This document shows positions 18,799 through 28,257 of a stretch of 47,148 nt of DNA, piece by piece. The stretch lies in assembly GCA_028282585.1 (NCBI GenBank), contig JANQHR010000119.1:1-47148 (forward strand), written 5' to 3'. Position 1 is the first letter of the stretch; each line of letters starts with the position of its first letter. Origin of the DNA: Bacteroidales bacterium. Its GTDB lineage: Bacteria > Bacteroidota > Bacteroidia > Bacteroidales > UBA12077. The translations under genes were made by a program, and so were the position numbers. The notes beneath the pieces were generated by a model. That model worked only from the letters and a program-made list of their open reading frames with translations. It made no database searches and was not told where the DNA came from.

Positions 18799-19941
18799 AT
18801 GAATTTTGAATACACCGAAGAACAACTAATGGCTCAGCAATCAGCCAGAGACCTCGCTCAAAGAGAACTCATAGAAGATGTTATTGAACGTGATACTAAT
18901 TGTACATTTCCGGAAAAACATGTTAAAACGTTAGCGGAACTTGGATTTTTAGGTATGCAAGTAGCACCGGAGTACGACGGTACTGGAATGGATACTGTTT
19001 CTTATGTTTTAGCCATAGAAGAAATATCTAAAGTAGATGCTTCGCTTGGAGTAATTATGTCTGTTAATAACTCGCTTGTTTGTTGGGAAATCCAGGAATA
19101 TGGAACTGAAGAACAAAAAGAAAAGTTCTTAAAACCCATGGCGCGGGGTGAAAAGTTAGGAGCCTTCCTTTTATCCGAACCAGAGGCAGGATCGGATGCA
19201 ACATCGCAAAGAACTGTTGCTGAAGATAAAGGAGATCATTATTTAGTAAACGGGGTGAAAAACTGGATTACCAATGGAAACTCTGCCTCGACTTACGTTG
19301 TAATTGTACAAACGCATCCAGAAAAAGGACATAAAGGAATTAATGCATTAATTGTTGATCGAAACTCAGAAGGAATTAGTGTAGGCCCGCATGAAGATAA
19401 ACTAGGAATGCGAAGCTCTGACACACATTCCGTAATGTTTACTGATGTTAAGGTTCCAAAAGAAAACAGAATTGGCGAAGATGGTTTTGGATTTAAACTG
19501 GCCATGAAAACGCTTGAAGGTGGAAGACTTGGTATTGCAGCCCAGGCATTAGGAATTGCATCAGGTGCATATGAACTTGCTTTAAAATATGCACATGAAA
19601 GAAAAACCTTTGGAAAAGAGATAATTAAACATCAGGCTATTGCATTTAAATTAGCAGATATGGCTACTGAAATAGAGGCTATGCGTTTCTTATGCTTAAA
19701 AACTGCATGGTTAAAAGATCAGGGCAAACCTTATGGAACTGAAAGTGCTATGGCTAAACTATATTGCGCCGAAAAAGCAATGCAAATAACTACAGAGGCT
19801 GTTCAGATATTTGGAGGATACGGATATGTAAAAGAGTATCATGTTGAAAGGCTCATGAGAGATGCCAAGTTAACACAAATATATGAAGGTACTTCTGAAA
19901 TACAGAAAATTGTTATTTCAAGAGCAATTAGTGACTTGTAG
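18799..19941 (+). CDS. Acyl-CoA (butyryl/short branched-chain) dehydrogenase
   Basis: FLLSEPEAGSDA, NGVKNWITNG, KLGMRSSDT, RDAKLTQIYEGTSEIQ. Confidence 0.93.
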   Translation: MNFEYTEEQLMAQQSARDLAQRELIEDVIERDTNCTFPEKHVKTLAELGFLGMQVAPEYDGTGMDTVSYVLAIEEISKVDASLGVIMSVNNSLVCWEIQEYGTEEQKEKFLKPMARGEKLGAFLLSEPEAGSDATSQRTVAEDKGDHYLVNGVKNWITNGNSASTYVVIVQTHPEKGHKGINALIVDRNSEGISVGPHEDKLGMRSSDTHSVMFTDVKVPKENRIGEDGFGFKLAMKTLEGGRLGIAAQALGIASGAYELALKYAHERKTFGKEIIKHQAIAFKLADMATEIEAMRFLCLKTAWLKDQGKPYGTESAMAKLYCAEKAMQITTEAVQIFGGYGYVKEYHVERLMRDAKLTQIYEGTSEIQKIVISRAISDL

Positions 19942-20016
19942 AGTAGTTCCTGATACCATTAAATTCAACATTTTAATTTCTATACTGTTTTTAATTATAT
20001 AATTAAAAAAGATTTT

Positions 20017-23000
20017 ATGATACAATCCAAAATCTATAAGTCCTCAAATAAAATAAGAATTGTTACAGCAACTTCGCTATTTGACGGACATGATGCTTCC
20101 ATAAATATTATACGCAGAATTTTACAAGCTTCTGGAGCCGAGGTTATTCATTTAGGACATAATGTCTCGGTTGAACAAATTGTAAATTGTGCCATTCAGG
20201 AAGATGCTCAGGCAGTTGCAGTTACTTCATACCAAGGTGGACACATGGAATTTTATAAGTATATTTTCGATTTATTAAATGAAAATGCTTGTGGTCATAT
20301 AAAAATATTTGGCGGCGGCGGCGGTGTTATACTTCCTAATGAAAAAGAAGAACTTTTAAAATATGGTATTGCCGGGATTTATACTCCAGATGACGGTCGA
20401 GAAATGGGTCTTCAGGGTATGATTAATGATGTTTTGGAAAAATCTGATTTTCCTGTTGGGAACAAGGATGTTGATTTAGAAAAAATCAAGTCTAAAGAAA
20501 AGTATGAAATTGCATCTATCATATCAAAAGCAGAAAACTACTCTGATAAAGCAAAGGATTATTTTGAAACCATCAAAAGTGAAACAGAAAATTCGAAAAC
20601 ACCGATAGTTGGAATAACGGGAACTGGAGGAGCCGGTAAATCTTCCTTAGTTGATGAAATTATCAGGCGTTTCATTGATTTATATCCTGATTTACATCTT
20701 GGAATTATTTCTGTAGATCCTTCTAAACGTAAAAGTGGAGGCGCTTTGTTAGGCGACAGGATTCGAATGAATTCAATAAATCATCCTAATGTTTACATGC
20801 GTTCATTGGCTACACGCCAGCAAAATCTGGCTTTATCAGAACACGTTGTTGATGCCGTGGATGTATTAAAATTTGCAGGTTATGATCTCATTTTGCTTGA
20901 ATCTTCCGGAATTGGACAATCCGATACTGAGATTATAGATCAAAGCGACGTTTATTTTTATGTAATGACCCCGGAATATGGTGCTGCATCACAGCTTGAA
21001 AAGATTGCCATGCTCGATTATGCAAATATTATTGCACTTAATAAATTTGATAAACAAGGAGCTTTAGATGCATTGCGCGATGTTAAAAAGCAATATCAAC
21101 GAAATCACATTTTATTTGAAACGCCTGTTGATAAAATGCCTGTTTATGGAACTGTTGCATCACAGTATAATAATGAAGGTGTCAATATTCTATTCCGGGA
21201 ATTAATAAATATTGTTAGCTCAAAAACTGGTTTTAGCTTTCCGGAAGTAAAGAGTTCACTCGAAATAAGCCATAATAATGAACAAGTTGTACCATCAGAA
21301 AGAGTAAGGTATCTTTCTGAAATAAGCAGTGTAGTTCGAAATTATAACCAAGGGGTAGAAGAAAAATCTCAAATTGCTAATAAACTTCAGGCACTTGTTA
21401 TTGCTGAAAAAGAACTAAATGAAGGAGAATTAGATACTGAACAAATATTGAACAAAATTGAAACACTTAAAGATGATCTGGGAAAAGAAAATTGGGAAGT
21501 AATTGAAAACTGGGAAGTGAAGAAGAAAAAATATAAGGATGAGTTCTATATATATCATGTAAGAGATAAAGAAATAAAAGTCCAAACTCATGTAGAAACT
21601 TTATCACACTCAAAAATTCCAAAAATTTCTTTACCTAAATATTCTGCCTGGGGTGATATATTAAAATGGAATTTAAAAGAAAATGTACCTGGCGAATTTC
21701 CTTATACTGCAGGAGTTTTTCCTTTTAAAAGAGAACATGAGGACCCAACCCGAATGTTCGCTGGTGAAGGTGGTCCGGAAAGAACTAATAAGCGATTTCA
21801 TTATTTATCGCAAGGACACAAAGCTACGCGTTTATCAACTGCTTATGACTCTGTTACTCTTTATGGAGCAGATCCTGAAATAAGACCGGATATTTACGGG
21901 AAAATAGGTAATTCCGGAGTATCCATCGCTTGCCTTGATGATGCCAAAAAACTTTATTCCGGATTTGATCTGGTAAACCCGACAACATCCGTTTCGATGA
22001 CCATTAACGGTCCTGCACCAATCATGGTAGGATATTTCTTCAATACAGCAATTGATCAAAATTGTGAAAAGTATATCAAAGAAAATGGTTTGGAACAAAA
22101 GGTTAGAAAACAAATTAGTAAAATTTATAAAGAAAAGGGATTGAACCCGCCTGAATATCAAGGCCAATTACCAGAATCGAACAATGGACTAGGATTACTT
22201 CTTTTGGGAATTTCGGGTGACCAGGTTTTACCAAAGGAAATATATGAGCAAATTAAGAAAGATACAATCTGTAGAGTTCGTGGAACTATTCAGGCAGATA
22301 TTCTAAAAGAAGATCAAGCTCAAAATACTTGTATCTTCTCTACCGATTTTGCTTTAAAAATGATGGGTGATATTCAAAAGTACTTTATTGATAATTCGGT
22401 AAAGAATTTCTATTCTGTTTCGATTTCAGGTTACCATATTGCTGAAGCAGGTGCAAATCCAATTACTCAACTTGCTTTTACATTAGCTAACGGGTTTACA
22501 TTTGTTGAATACTACTTAGCACGTGGGATGCTCATTGATGATTTTGCTCCGAATTTATCCTTTTTCTTTTCGAATGGACTCGATCCTGAGTATTCGGTTA
22601 TCGGAAGAGTAGCAAGGATAATCTGGGCAAAAGCGATGAAATATAAGTATAAGGCAAATGCTAAATCGCAGAAATTAAAATATCATATACAAACATCAGG
22701 ACGATCTCTGCATTCACAAGAAATTGAATTTAATGATATTAGAACAACCTTACAGGCTCTTTCCGGCATATATGACAATTGCAACTCGCTGCATACCAAT
22801 GCCTATGATGAAGCAATTACAACTCCAACAGAAGAATCTGTTCGTCGTGCTATGGCAATTCAAATGATTATTAATCATGAATACGGTATGGCTAAAAATC
22901 AAAATCCGTTACAAGGTTCTTTTATTATTGAAGAATTAACTGATTTAGTTGAAGAGGCTGTTTTAACGGAATTTGACCGTTTAACAGAACGTGGTGGAGT

Positions 23001-23379
23001 CTTAGGTGCTATGGAGTTCATGTATCAGAGAGGGAAAATACAGGATGAATCATTATATTATGAATCCTTGAAACATTCCGGTGAATTGCCAATTATGGGA
23101 GTAAATACATTTTTATCCTCCAAGGGATCGCCCACAGTTCTTCCAAAAGAGGTAATTCGAGCGACCGAGGAAGAAAAGAAATATCAAATAGATAATCTTT
23201 TAAATTTTCATAAGCTTAATAAAAATATATCTAATGAAATCTTGTTAAAACTTAAGCAAGCTGTACTTGACAATGAAAATACATTTGAGTATCTTATGGA
23301 AGCAACTAAGCACTGTTCCATCGGGCAAATAACAAATGCTCTTTATGAAGTAGGTGGGCAATATCGTAGAAATATGTAA
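20017..23379 (+). CDS. icmF: Fused isobutyryl-CoA mutase / MeaB-like GTPase chaperone
   Basis: N-terminal B12-binding DGHD, P-loop GTGGAGKSS, mutase domain [22 protein letters not shown]-terminal GGQYRRNM. Confidence 0.93.
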   Translation: MIQSKIYKSSNKIRIVTATSLFDGHDASINIIRRILQASGAEVIHLGHNVSVEQIVNCAIQEDAQAVAVTSYQGGHMEFYKYIFDLLNENACGHIKIFGGGGGVILPNEKEELLKYGIAGIYTPDDGREMGLQGMINDVLEKSDFPVGNKDVDLEKIKSKEKYEIASIISKAENYSDKAKDYFETIKSETENSKTPIVGITGTGGAGKSSLVDEIIRRFIDLYPDLHLGIISVDPSKRKSGGALLGDRIRMNSINHPNVYMRSLATRQQNLALSEHVVDAVDVLKFAGYDLILLESSGIGQSDTEIIDQSDVYFYVMTPEYGAASQLEKIAMLDYANIIALNKFDKQGALDALRDVKKQYQRNHILFETPVDKMPVYGTVASQYNNEGVNILFRELINIVSSKTGFSFPEVKSSLEISHNNEQVVPSERVRYLSEISSVVRNYNQGVEEKSQIANKLQALVIAEKELNEGELDTEQILNKIETLKDDLGKENWEVIENWEVKKKKYKDEFYIYHVRDKEIKVQTHVETLSHSKIPKISLPKYSAWGDILKWNLKENVPGEFPYTAGVFPFKREHEDPTRMFAGEGGPERTNKRFHYLSQGHKATRLSTAYDSVTLYGADPEIRPDIYGKIGNSGVSIACLDDAKKLYSGFDLVNPTTSVSMTINGPAPIMVGYFFNTAIDQNCEKYIKENGLEQKVRKQISKIYKEKGLNPPEYQGQLPESNNGLGLLLLGISGDQVLPKEIYEQIKKDTICRVRGTIQADILKEDQAQNTCIFSTDFALKMMGDIQKYFIDNSVKNFYSVSISGYHIAEAGANPITQLAFTLANGFTFVEYYLARGMLIDDFAPNLSFFFSNGLDPEYSVIGRVARIIWAKAMKYKYKANAKSQKLKYHIQTSGRSLHSQEIEFNDIRTTLQALSGIYDNCNSLHTNAYDEAITTPTEESVRRAMAIQMIINHEYGMAKNQNPLQGSFIIEELTDLVEEAVLTEFDRLTERGGVLGAMEFMYQRGKIQDESLYYESLKHSGELPIMGVNTFLSSKGSPTVLPKEVIRATEEEKKYQIDNLLNFHKLNKNISNEILLKLKQAVLDNENTFEYLMEATKHCSIGQITNALYEVGGQYRRNM

Positions 23380-23418
23380 TAAATAACCTAAATACTAATC
23401 CTTCAAAAATCTTAAAAT

Positions 23419-24513
23419 ATGAAGTTCAAAACAGATTATTCCGCCGACACCTTAATTTTGGTAATAAATCCAAGATATCCCTTTACTAAAATCGGGGTTT
23501 ATAATAATAAAAACCTTGTTTTCTTAAAAAAGCTAAAGCATACAGAAGAAGAGCTTAATAAATTTCCGGAAATAGAGGATCAAACAGAGTTTAGGAAGAA
23601 TTTAATATTAAAAGAACTAGAAGAAAACGATATAGAGTTTGATAAAATCAGAATGGTAATTACAAGAGGCGGACTGATAAAACCGGTTAAATCAGGAATA
23701 TATTTAATAACAGAAGAAATAAAAAAAGATCTTTTAAAATCTGTTCAAGGAAAGGATATTGTTAACCTTGGCGGGTTAATTTCATACGGCATAGTTGATG
23801 ATCTTAAAAATGCAAATGCTTTTATAGCAGATCCTGTAGTAGTTGACGAATATCAAGATATAGCCAGAATAACAGGATTACCTGAAATTAAACGAAGATC
23901 TATTTTCCATGCGCTTAATCAAAAATGGGTTGGACGTCGTTATGCAAAGTCTGTTGATAAAGCTTATGAAGAATTAAATTTAATAGTGGTACACTTAGGA
24001 ACAGGTATAACTGTTGGAGCACATCAAAAAGGACGTGTAATTGATGCAAACATGGGGTATGATGGAGATGGACCATTCTCTCCGATTAGGGCAGGAAGTT
24101 TACCAAGTGGTGATTTAATTAGACTATGTTTTAGTGGAAAATATACTGAAGAAGAACTTTTAAGAAAAGTTAGTAAGGAAGGTGGGTTATTTGCGCACTT
24201 GGGTACTTTTAGTGGTGAAGAAATTGATAAACGTGTGCAGGAAGGTGATCAGGAAGCGGCTAAGATATTTGAAGCTATGGCTTATCAAGTCGCTAAAACA
24301 ATTGGGTCTATGTATGCAGTACTTTCAGGCGAGGTTGATGCTATCATTATCACAGGGCCAGTATCCAATAGTAGTTGGTTTGTTCGTAAGGTTGTTGAAA
24401 GAATTGAGAAAATCGCACCAATACAGATTTATCCGGGGTCTGACACTATTAAGATACTTGCTATGAAAGGCTTAAGAATACTTTACGGTGAACAAGATGT
24501 AGAAAAATATTAG
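23419..24513 (+). CDS. Butyrate-kinase paralog with degenerate ATP/Mg motifs
   Basis: Buk-like FHALNQK, HLGTG, GPFSPIRAG retained, but INPRYPFTK, DIVNLG, ITGPVS and YPGSDTIK replace the conserved motifs. Confidence 0.8.
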   Translation: MKFKTDYSADTLILVINPRYPFTKIGVYNNKNLVFLKKLKHTEEELNKFPEIEDQTEFRKNLILKELEENDIEFDKIRMVITRGGLIKPVKSGIYLITEEIKKDLLKSVQGKDIVNLGGLISYGIVDDLKNANAFIADPVVVDEYQDIARITGLPEIKRRSIFHALNQKWVGRRYAKSVDKAYEELNLIVVHLGTGITVGAHQKGRVIDANMGYDGDGPFSPIRAGSLPSGDLIRLCFSGKYTEEELLRKVSKEGGLFAHLGTFSGEEIDKRVQEGDQEAAKIFEAMAYQVAKTIGSMYAVLSGEVDAIIITGPVSNSSWFVRKVVERIEKIAPIQIYPGSDTIKILAMKGLRILYGEQDVEKY

Positions 24514-24551
24514 TTTTTTAGTGTTAAACTGTTAGAATATCATGACATATG

Positions 24552-24590
24552 AAGAATGCTGCTAAGCAAGTTAGCAGCATTCTTATTTTA
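24552..24590 (+). terminator. Intrinsic terminator
   Basis: Perfect 14-bp stem aagaatgctgctaa / ttagcagcattctt followed by atttta. Confidence 0.8.
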
Positions 24591-24614
24591 ATATTTAAAA
24601 TTTCTTTATTATAT

Positions 24615-24791
24615 CCTACTTTTTTACATGATTAAAAAAGTAGGCAAAAAAATCTAGGCAAAATAACGCTTCTCCCCTCTCTTTAACAATCTAAGAATTC
24701 TAATCAAAATAGGCTAGCCCTTTTAATAGAATTCTAAACTTTGTTAAATTCACTCATCGCATGGCTCGCAATTTTGCCTTTCCAACGCGCA
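24615..24791. repeat. Structured intergenic element (REP/MITE-like or ncRNA)
   Basis: 12-bp hairpin 24615-24644, then nested inverted repeats 24656-24664/24771-24779, 24682-24689/24741-24748 and 24694-24702/24727-24735. Confidence 0.55.
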
Positions 24792-24803
24792 AATAAAATT
24801 AAA

Positions 24804-25295
24804 TTATTTATTTGCACTTTTTATAATATCATGTATATACCTGTCCGGAACTTGAATAGTTACTACTTCGCCTGTAACAACAACTTCTCCTTTGGCCCAA
24901 ACCTCTACATCAACCGTAACTTTTTTACCTTTAATTTCGCGTATTTTGCCGCGAATTTCTAAAGTACAATCAATTGGTGTTGGTTTTAAATACTTCACAT
25001 TTAGAGAACCAGTTAAAAACCTAAACGAAGGCTCTGTATTCATCTCTCTTCCCTCCTGCCTGTACATGGCTGCTGCAGCCGATCCTGTACCATGGCAGTC
25101 AACCAATGAGGCTAATAGCCCTCCATATACAAAGCCTGGCACTGCAGTATGATAAGGTTTAGGAGTAAATGTTGTTAAAGTTTCATCGCCATCCCAAACG
25201 GTTTTTATCTGGTAACCATGCTCATTTAATTTACCGCATCCATAACAATGGCTTAGGTGGTCGGGGTAGTAATCCTGAAAAGCTTTTATTTCCAT
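24804..25295 (-). CDS. PaaI/hot-dog fold thioesterase
   Basis: HCYGCG, GFVYGGLLASLVDCHG, TGSLNVKYLKPTP. Confidence 0.88.
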   Translation of the reverse strand: MEIKAFQDYYPDHLSHCYGCGKLNEHGYQIKTVWDGDETLTTFTPKPYHTAVPGFVYGGLLASLVDCHGTGSAAAAMYRQEGREMNTEPSFRFLTGSLNVKYLKPTPIDCTLEIRGKIREIKGKKVTVDVEVWAKGEVVVTGEVVTIQVPDRYIHDIIKSANK

Positions 25296-25405
25296 TTTAA
25301 AAATAATTTCAAATAAAGATAGTGAAAGATAAAAAAATAATGAAATGTAATCCAGAAGCTTTTATAAAAAACCTACCTCCCGATTATCATCAAGGTAAGA
25401 AGCTA

Positions 25406-25810
25406 TTACAATTGAATTTCTTCTATTTTTTTAAAATTGAACTTTAAATCAAGTGCCTCAGACATGATTTCGCCTTCTTCCAAAAGGTCATCATCTTCCG
25501 GATGATAATACCAATTTATAATTACATCAATCCCTTGTTTATTAATTTGTTTAAACTTTTTTAATAGCTCATATATAACTTTTGCAGTTGCGGTATTAAA
25601 ATAATCAAACTTAAAATCTACAACCAGTTCCTTTGCTATTTTTGATTTTACTTTTGTTTTTTCAAAGCTATCAATAAAATCAAAAACCGGTTTATAAAAT
25701 GTTATTGCATTTGCAGGTTTTGAGACTTTTAAAAAACTCAAGGTATTATTTTCAACATCAAAGTTGATTTCAGGAGTAAATGTAGTCGATTCAATTTTAA
25801 GCGAATTCAT
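25406..25810 (-). CDS. DUF1987 / SiaC-family protein
   Basis: IESTTFTPEINFD, FKFDYFNTAT, INWYYHPEDDDLLEEGE. Confidence 0.8.
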   Translation of the reverse strand: MNSLKIESTTFTPEINFDVENNTLSFLKVSKPANAITFYKPVFDFIDSFEKTKVKSKIAKELVVDFKFDYFNTATAKVIYELLKKFKQINKQGIDVIINWYYHPEDDDLLEEGEIMSEALDLKFNFKKIEEIQL

Positions 25811-25881
25811 AAATATCGTATATAGTTTAGGTTTTACTATATACGCAAAAGTTATGAAATGTTTACAAAAAACCTACATTT

Positions 25882-26514
25882 TTAAATAAATCTTTTCACT
25901 AAAAAATCTTGAAATTTCTCCTTATACTGATCGCTAACGGGAATATAAGTTTTATCAAAAATTATTCTACTACGTTCAACTGTATTTATCTCATCCAAGC
26001 TTACAATAAAGGATCTGTGCACTCGCATAAAACGATCTTCAGGTAAATTTTCTTCTAATGATTTTAAACTCATTAAACTTAAAACGGGCCTTTCTTTTTT
26101 AAGAACAATTTTTACATATTCCCTAAGACCTTCTATATAAAGAATATCGATCAGATTGATTCTACGAATCTTATATTCTGATTTTACAAATAAATAATCT
26201 TCTTTAGTATCGATTTTTAAGTTTGCTTTATTGATTTTCTCATCGCGCACATTTTCATGCTTTTCAATAACTTCTTTTTTTGGCCTTTCTCCAGGCTGCA
26301 TAAAATTATCAGCTGTTTTAAAAAAATTAATATAAGCACTTTCTATAACTTCTATTTCTGAATCACTTAGTTTAATTTCCTTTCCCAAGTGCTGAGTAAT
26401 TCGACTCACCCTTTCTTCAATTGAAGGTAGTTTGTTTTCTCTTTGTTGAGCTGAAACTTGCAATACTCCAATTGCAAACACAACCGCTACTAAGATTTTG
26501 ATTTTTACTTTCAT
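25882..26514 (-). CDS. Chimeric ORF: signal peptide and helical exported-protein N-terminus fused to a LytTR DNA-binding domain
   Basis: MKVKIKILVAVVFAIGVLQVSAQ signal; C-half YLFVKSEYKIRRINLIDILYIEGLREYV...FMRVHRSFIV...IPVS. Confidence 0.75.
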   Translation of the reverse strand: MKVKIKILVAVVFAIGVLQVSAQQRENKLPSIEERVSRITQHLGKEIKLSDSEIEVIESAYINFFKTADNFMQPGERPKKEVIEKHENVRDEKINKANLKIDTKEDYLFVKSEYKIRRINLIDILYIEGLREYVKIVLKKERPVLSLMSLKSLEENLPEDRFMRVHRSFIVSLDEINTVERSRIIFDKTYIPVSDQYKEKFQDFLVKRFI

Positions 26515-26626
26515 TGCTTTTGAATTTTATGTTTAATAAAACAATTCTAAAAAAGTTTTGGGCGGCATAAAAATTTAATCAATGCTTTAGGAGATCTTAG
26601 CTATAGAAAAAGATATTTTATCTACC

Positions 26627-26657
26627 AAAAAACCGAGGTAAAAACACCCCGGTTTTC
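26627..26657 (-). terminator. Intrinsic terminator of the DUF6515-like gene
   Basis: Minus strand aaaaccggggt-loop-acctcggtttttt. Confidence 0.7.
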
Positions 26658-26698
26658 AATTAATATTATATGTTAGATTTATTTATAATACATTGAAT

Positions 26699-27271
26699 TT
26701 ATTTTAAATCCTCAACAACTTCATAACACACCTCACCTTCGCTGATAACTTCCTTATAAAGAGCACCTTCAAACTTGTAATAATTAATTCCATCCTTCTG
26801 AATTTCGGTATACCCTTCTGGTAGCGCATCAATCCTAGCACCAACCGGTGGGTTTACTGTTTCATATTCACTACTATTTTCCGCTTTTACATAAAAAGTT
26901 CCATAGTAATAGTAGTACTTTTTACCCCTTACTATGCACCGGATTTTCTTTTTTGGTAATTTAGCCACTCGCACTCCAATTGGAGCTCTGGCAATTACAT
27001 ACCTTGTTCCAACTCTTTTATAGTAAATGCCGTCATAAAACCGATAATTTACTCCCCTATTCACAATTCTAAGAGCTTTTCGATGAACTGAGGTATACAC
27101 TCTTCCCCATTTGGGAAGTTTTGCATAGTGATAGTGCGGACTATGCCTTTGCACAACTATCCTTGCATGTACCTTTTTATTTTTCTCTCTTCTATTCTGT
27201 GCAGTTAATGAGCTTAATGAAAAGCATAATAATAAAATAAAGAGAACTTTTAAAATTGTTTTTGTTTTCAT
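26699..27271 (-). CDS. DUF6515-like secreted Tyr-rich protein
   Basis: Signal peptide; repeated YRFYDGIYY..YVIARAPIGVRVAKLP / YYYYYGTFY..PPVGARIDALP; start MKTKT at 27271 (ORF track 27295). Confidence 0.7.
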   Translation of the reverse strand: MKTKTILKVLFILLLCFSLSSLTAQNRREKNKKVHARIVVQRHSPHYHYAKLPKWGRVYTSVHRKALRIVNRGVNYRFYDGIYYKRVGTRYVIARAPIGVRVAKLPKKKIRCIVRGKKYYYYYGTFYVKAENSSEYETVNPPVGARIDALPEGYTEIQKDGINYYKFEGALYKEVISEGEVCYEVVEDLK

Positions 27272-27599
27272 AATATTAAATTTATAATTATTCAATTACT
27301 TCATCATACCGTTCTTTTATATGATTTATCTTTCTGCAAGAATATAACTTTAACATGAAGCTAAAATGAATTTAGGCAAGAACGTTTTTTATAAAAGAAA
27401 GCCGAGAAATTTAATCCTCGGCCATCTTTGCTAATAAACATTTAGCAGAATACTTTTTAATTTATGAGAAAATTATCTTTCTTAAGATAATAATCCAAAT
27501 GTATCAGTTTAATATGAAGCGAAAATGAAATACATTAGCACAATTATTTAATTTTAAAAGTAATTGAGAAACTTTATTTATTAAAGGCAATATGTAAAT

Positions 27600-27800
27600 C
27601 TATTTTGCTATGGCTGATCTTATCAAATCAATAAGAACAGCTTTATCCTTTTTAATCAAATTAAGAATCATATTCATCACACTTGTCTTATTTATTCCCA
27701 AATCACTTTCTAACTCTTCTAAAAGTTTATAATTATTTTTAGTAAGCCTGAATCCTGTATGGATTTTTTCCTCCGTGTTTATATTCTTATTCTCTTGCAT
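27600..27800 (-). CDS. Small ribbon-helix-helix-like DNA-binding protein
   Basis: TGFRLT (strand), NYKLLEELESDLG, NKTSVMNMIL: RHH pattern. Confidence 0.55.
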   Translation of the reverse strand: MQENKNINTEEKIHTGFRLTKNNYKLLEELESDLGINKTSVMNMILNLIKKDKAVLIDLIRSAIAK

Positions 27801-28131
27801 ATGCTCTTATCTTAAAATTAAAAACACCATATCCGGTGGATTTGTCAAACATTGCAACACGACCGGTTTTAAAAGATTTGGCATAAAACAACTTACTTTC
27901 CACTTTTGTAACAAGACATAGAGATTTATTTACATAGACAAAATTTCCAACTTTAATTTGCTTAAGATTTTTAGGGAATTTTCCAAAGGTTTCTTTCAAC
28001 AGATTGTACTCGGCATTAACTGCCTGCATCTTTTCAACCTGTCCTCCTTTATCCGGGTGATACAAAAAAGACAACTTACGATACAAAGATTTTAAATCAG
28101 CTTTTTCGTTTATATCTGCAAAATAAGTCAT
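27787..28131 (-). CDS. Minimal J-domain (DnaJ-like) protein with small beta C-terminal domain
   Basis: LKSLYRKLSFLYHPDKGG..KMQAVNAEY (HPD motif). Confidence 0.85.
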   Translation of the reverse strand: MTYFADINEKADLKSLYRKLSFLYHPDKGGQVEKMQAVNAEYNLLKETFGKFPKNLKQIKVGNFVYVNKSLCLVTKVESKLFYAKSFKTGRVAMFDKSTGYGVFNFKIRAYARE

Positions 28132-28148
28132 GGTTTAATTTTTTATTT

Positions 28149-28184
28149 CAAATATACAACATTGTTTTACATTGTACAACATTA
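28149..28184 (-). promoter_or_regulatory. Promoter -7 box with three adjacent 10-bp direct repeats
   Basis: TATATTTG (minus strand, 28149-28156); tacaacattg / ttttacattg / tacaacatta at 28155, 28165, 28175. Confidence 0.5.
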
Positions 28185-28210
28185 TTTCTATTTTTTACAT
28201 AGCATTAAAT

Positions 28211-28239
28211 AAAAAACCCAGAGTGTATACCCTGGGTTC
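28211..28239 (-). terminator. Intrinsic terminator after putP
   Basis: Minus strand aacccaggg-loop-ctctgggtttttt. Confidence 0.7.
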
Positions 28240-28257
28240 ACTTGTTGTAAATATTTT

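Noticed and set aside
13674-25152. ORFs 13674-13979, 14704-14916, 19293-19505, 21683-21883, 21835-22167, 24182-24466, 24741-24962, 24892-25152
   Set aside because: Shadow or alternative-frame ORFs overlapping real genes, with no motifs. 14704-14916 was considered as an embedded Rz1-like gene but has no lipobox.
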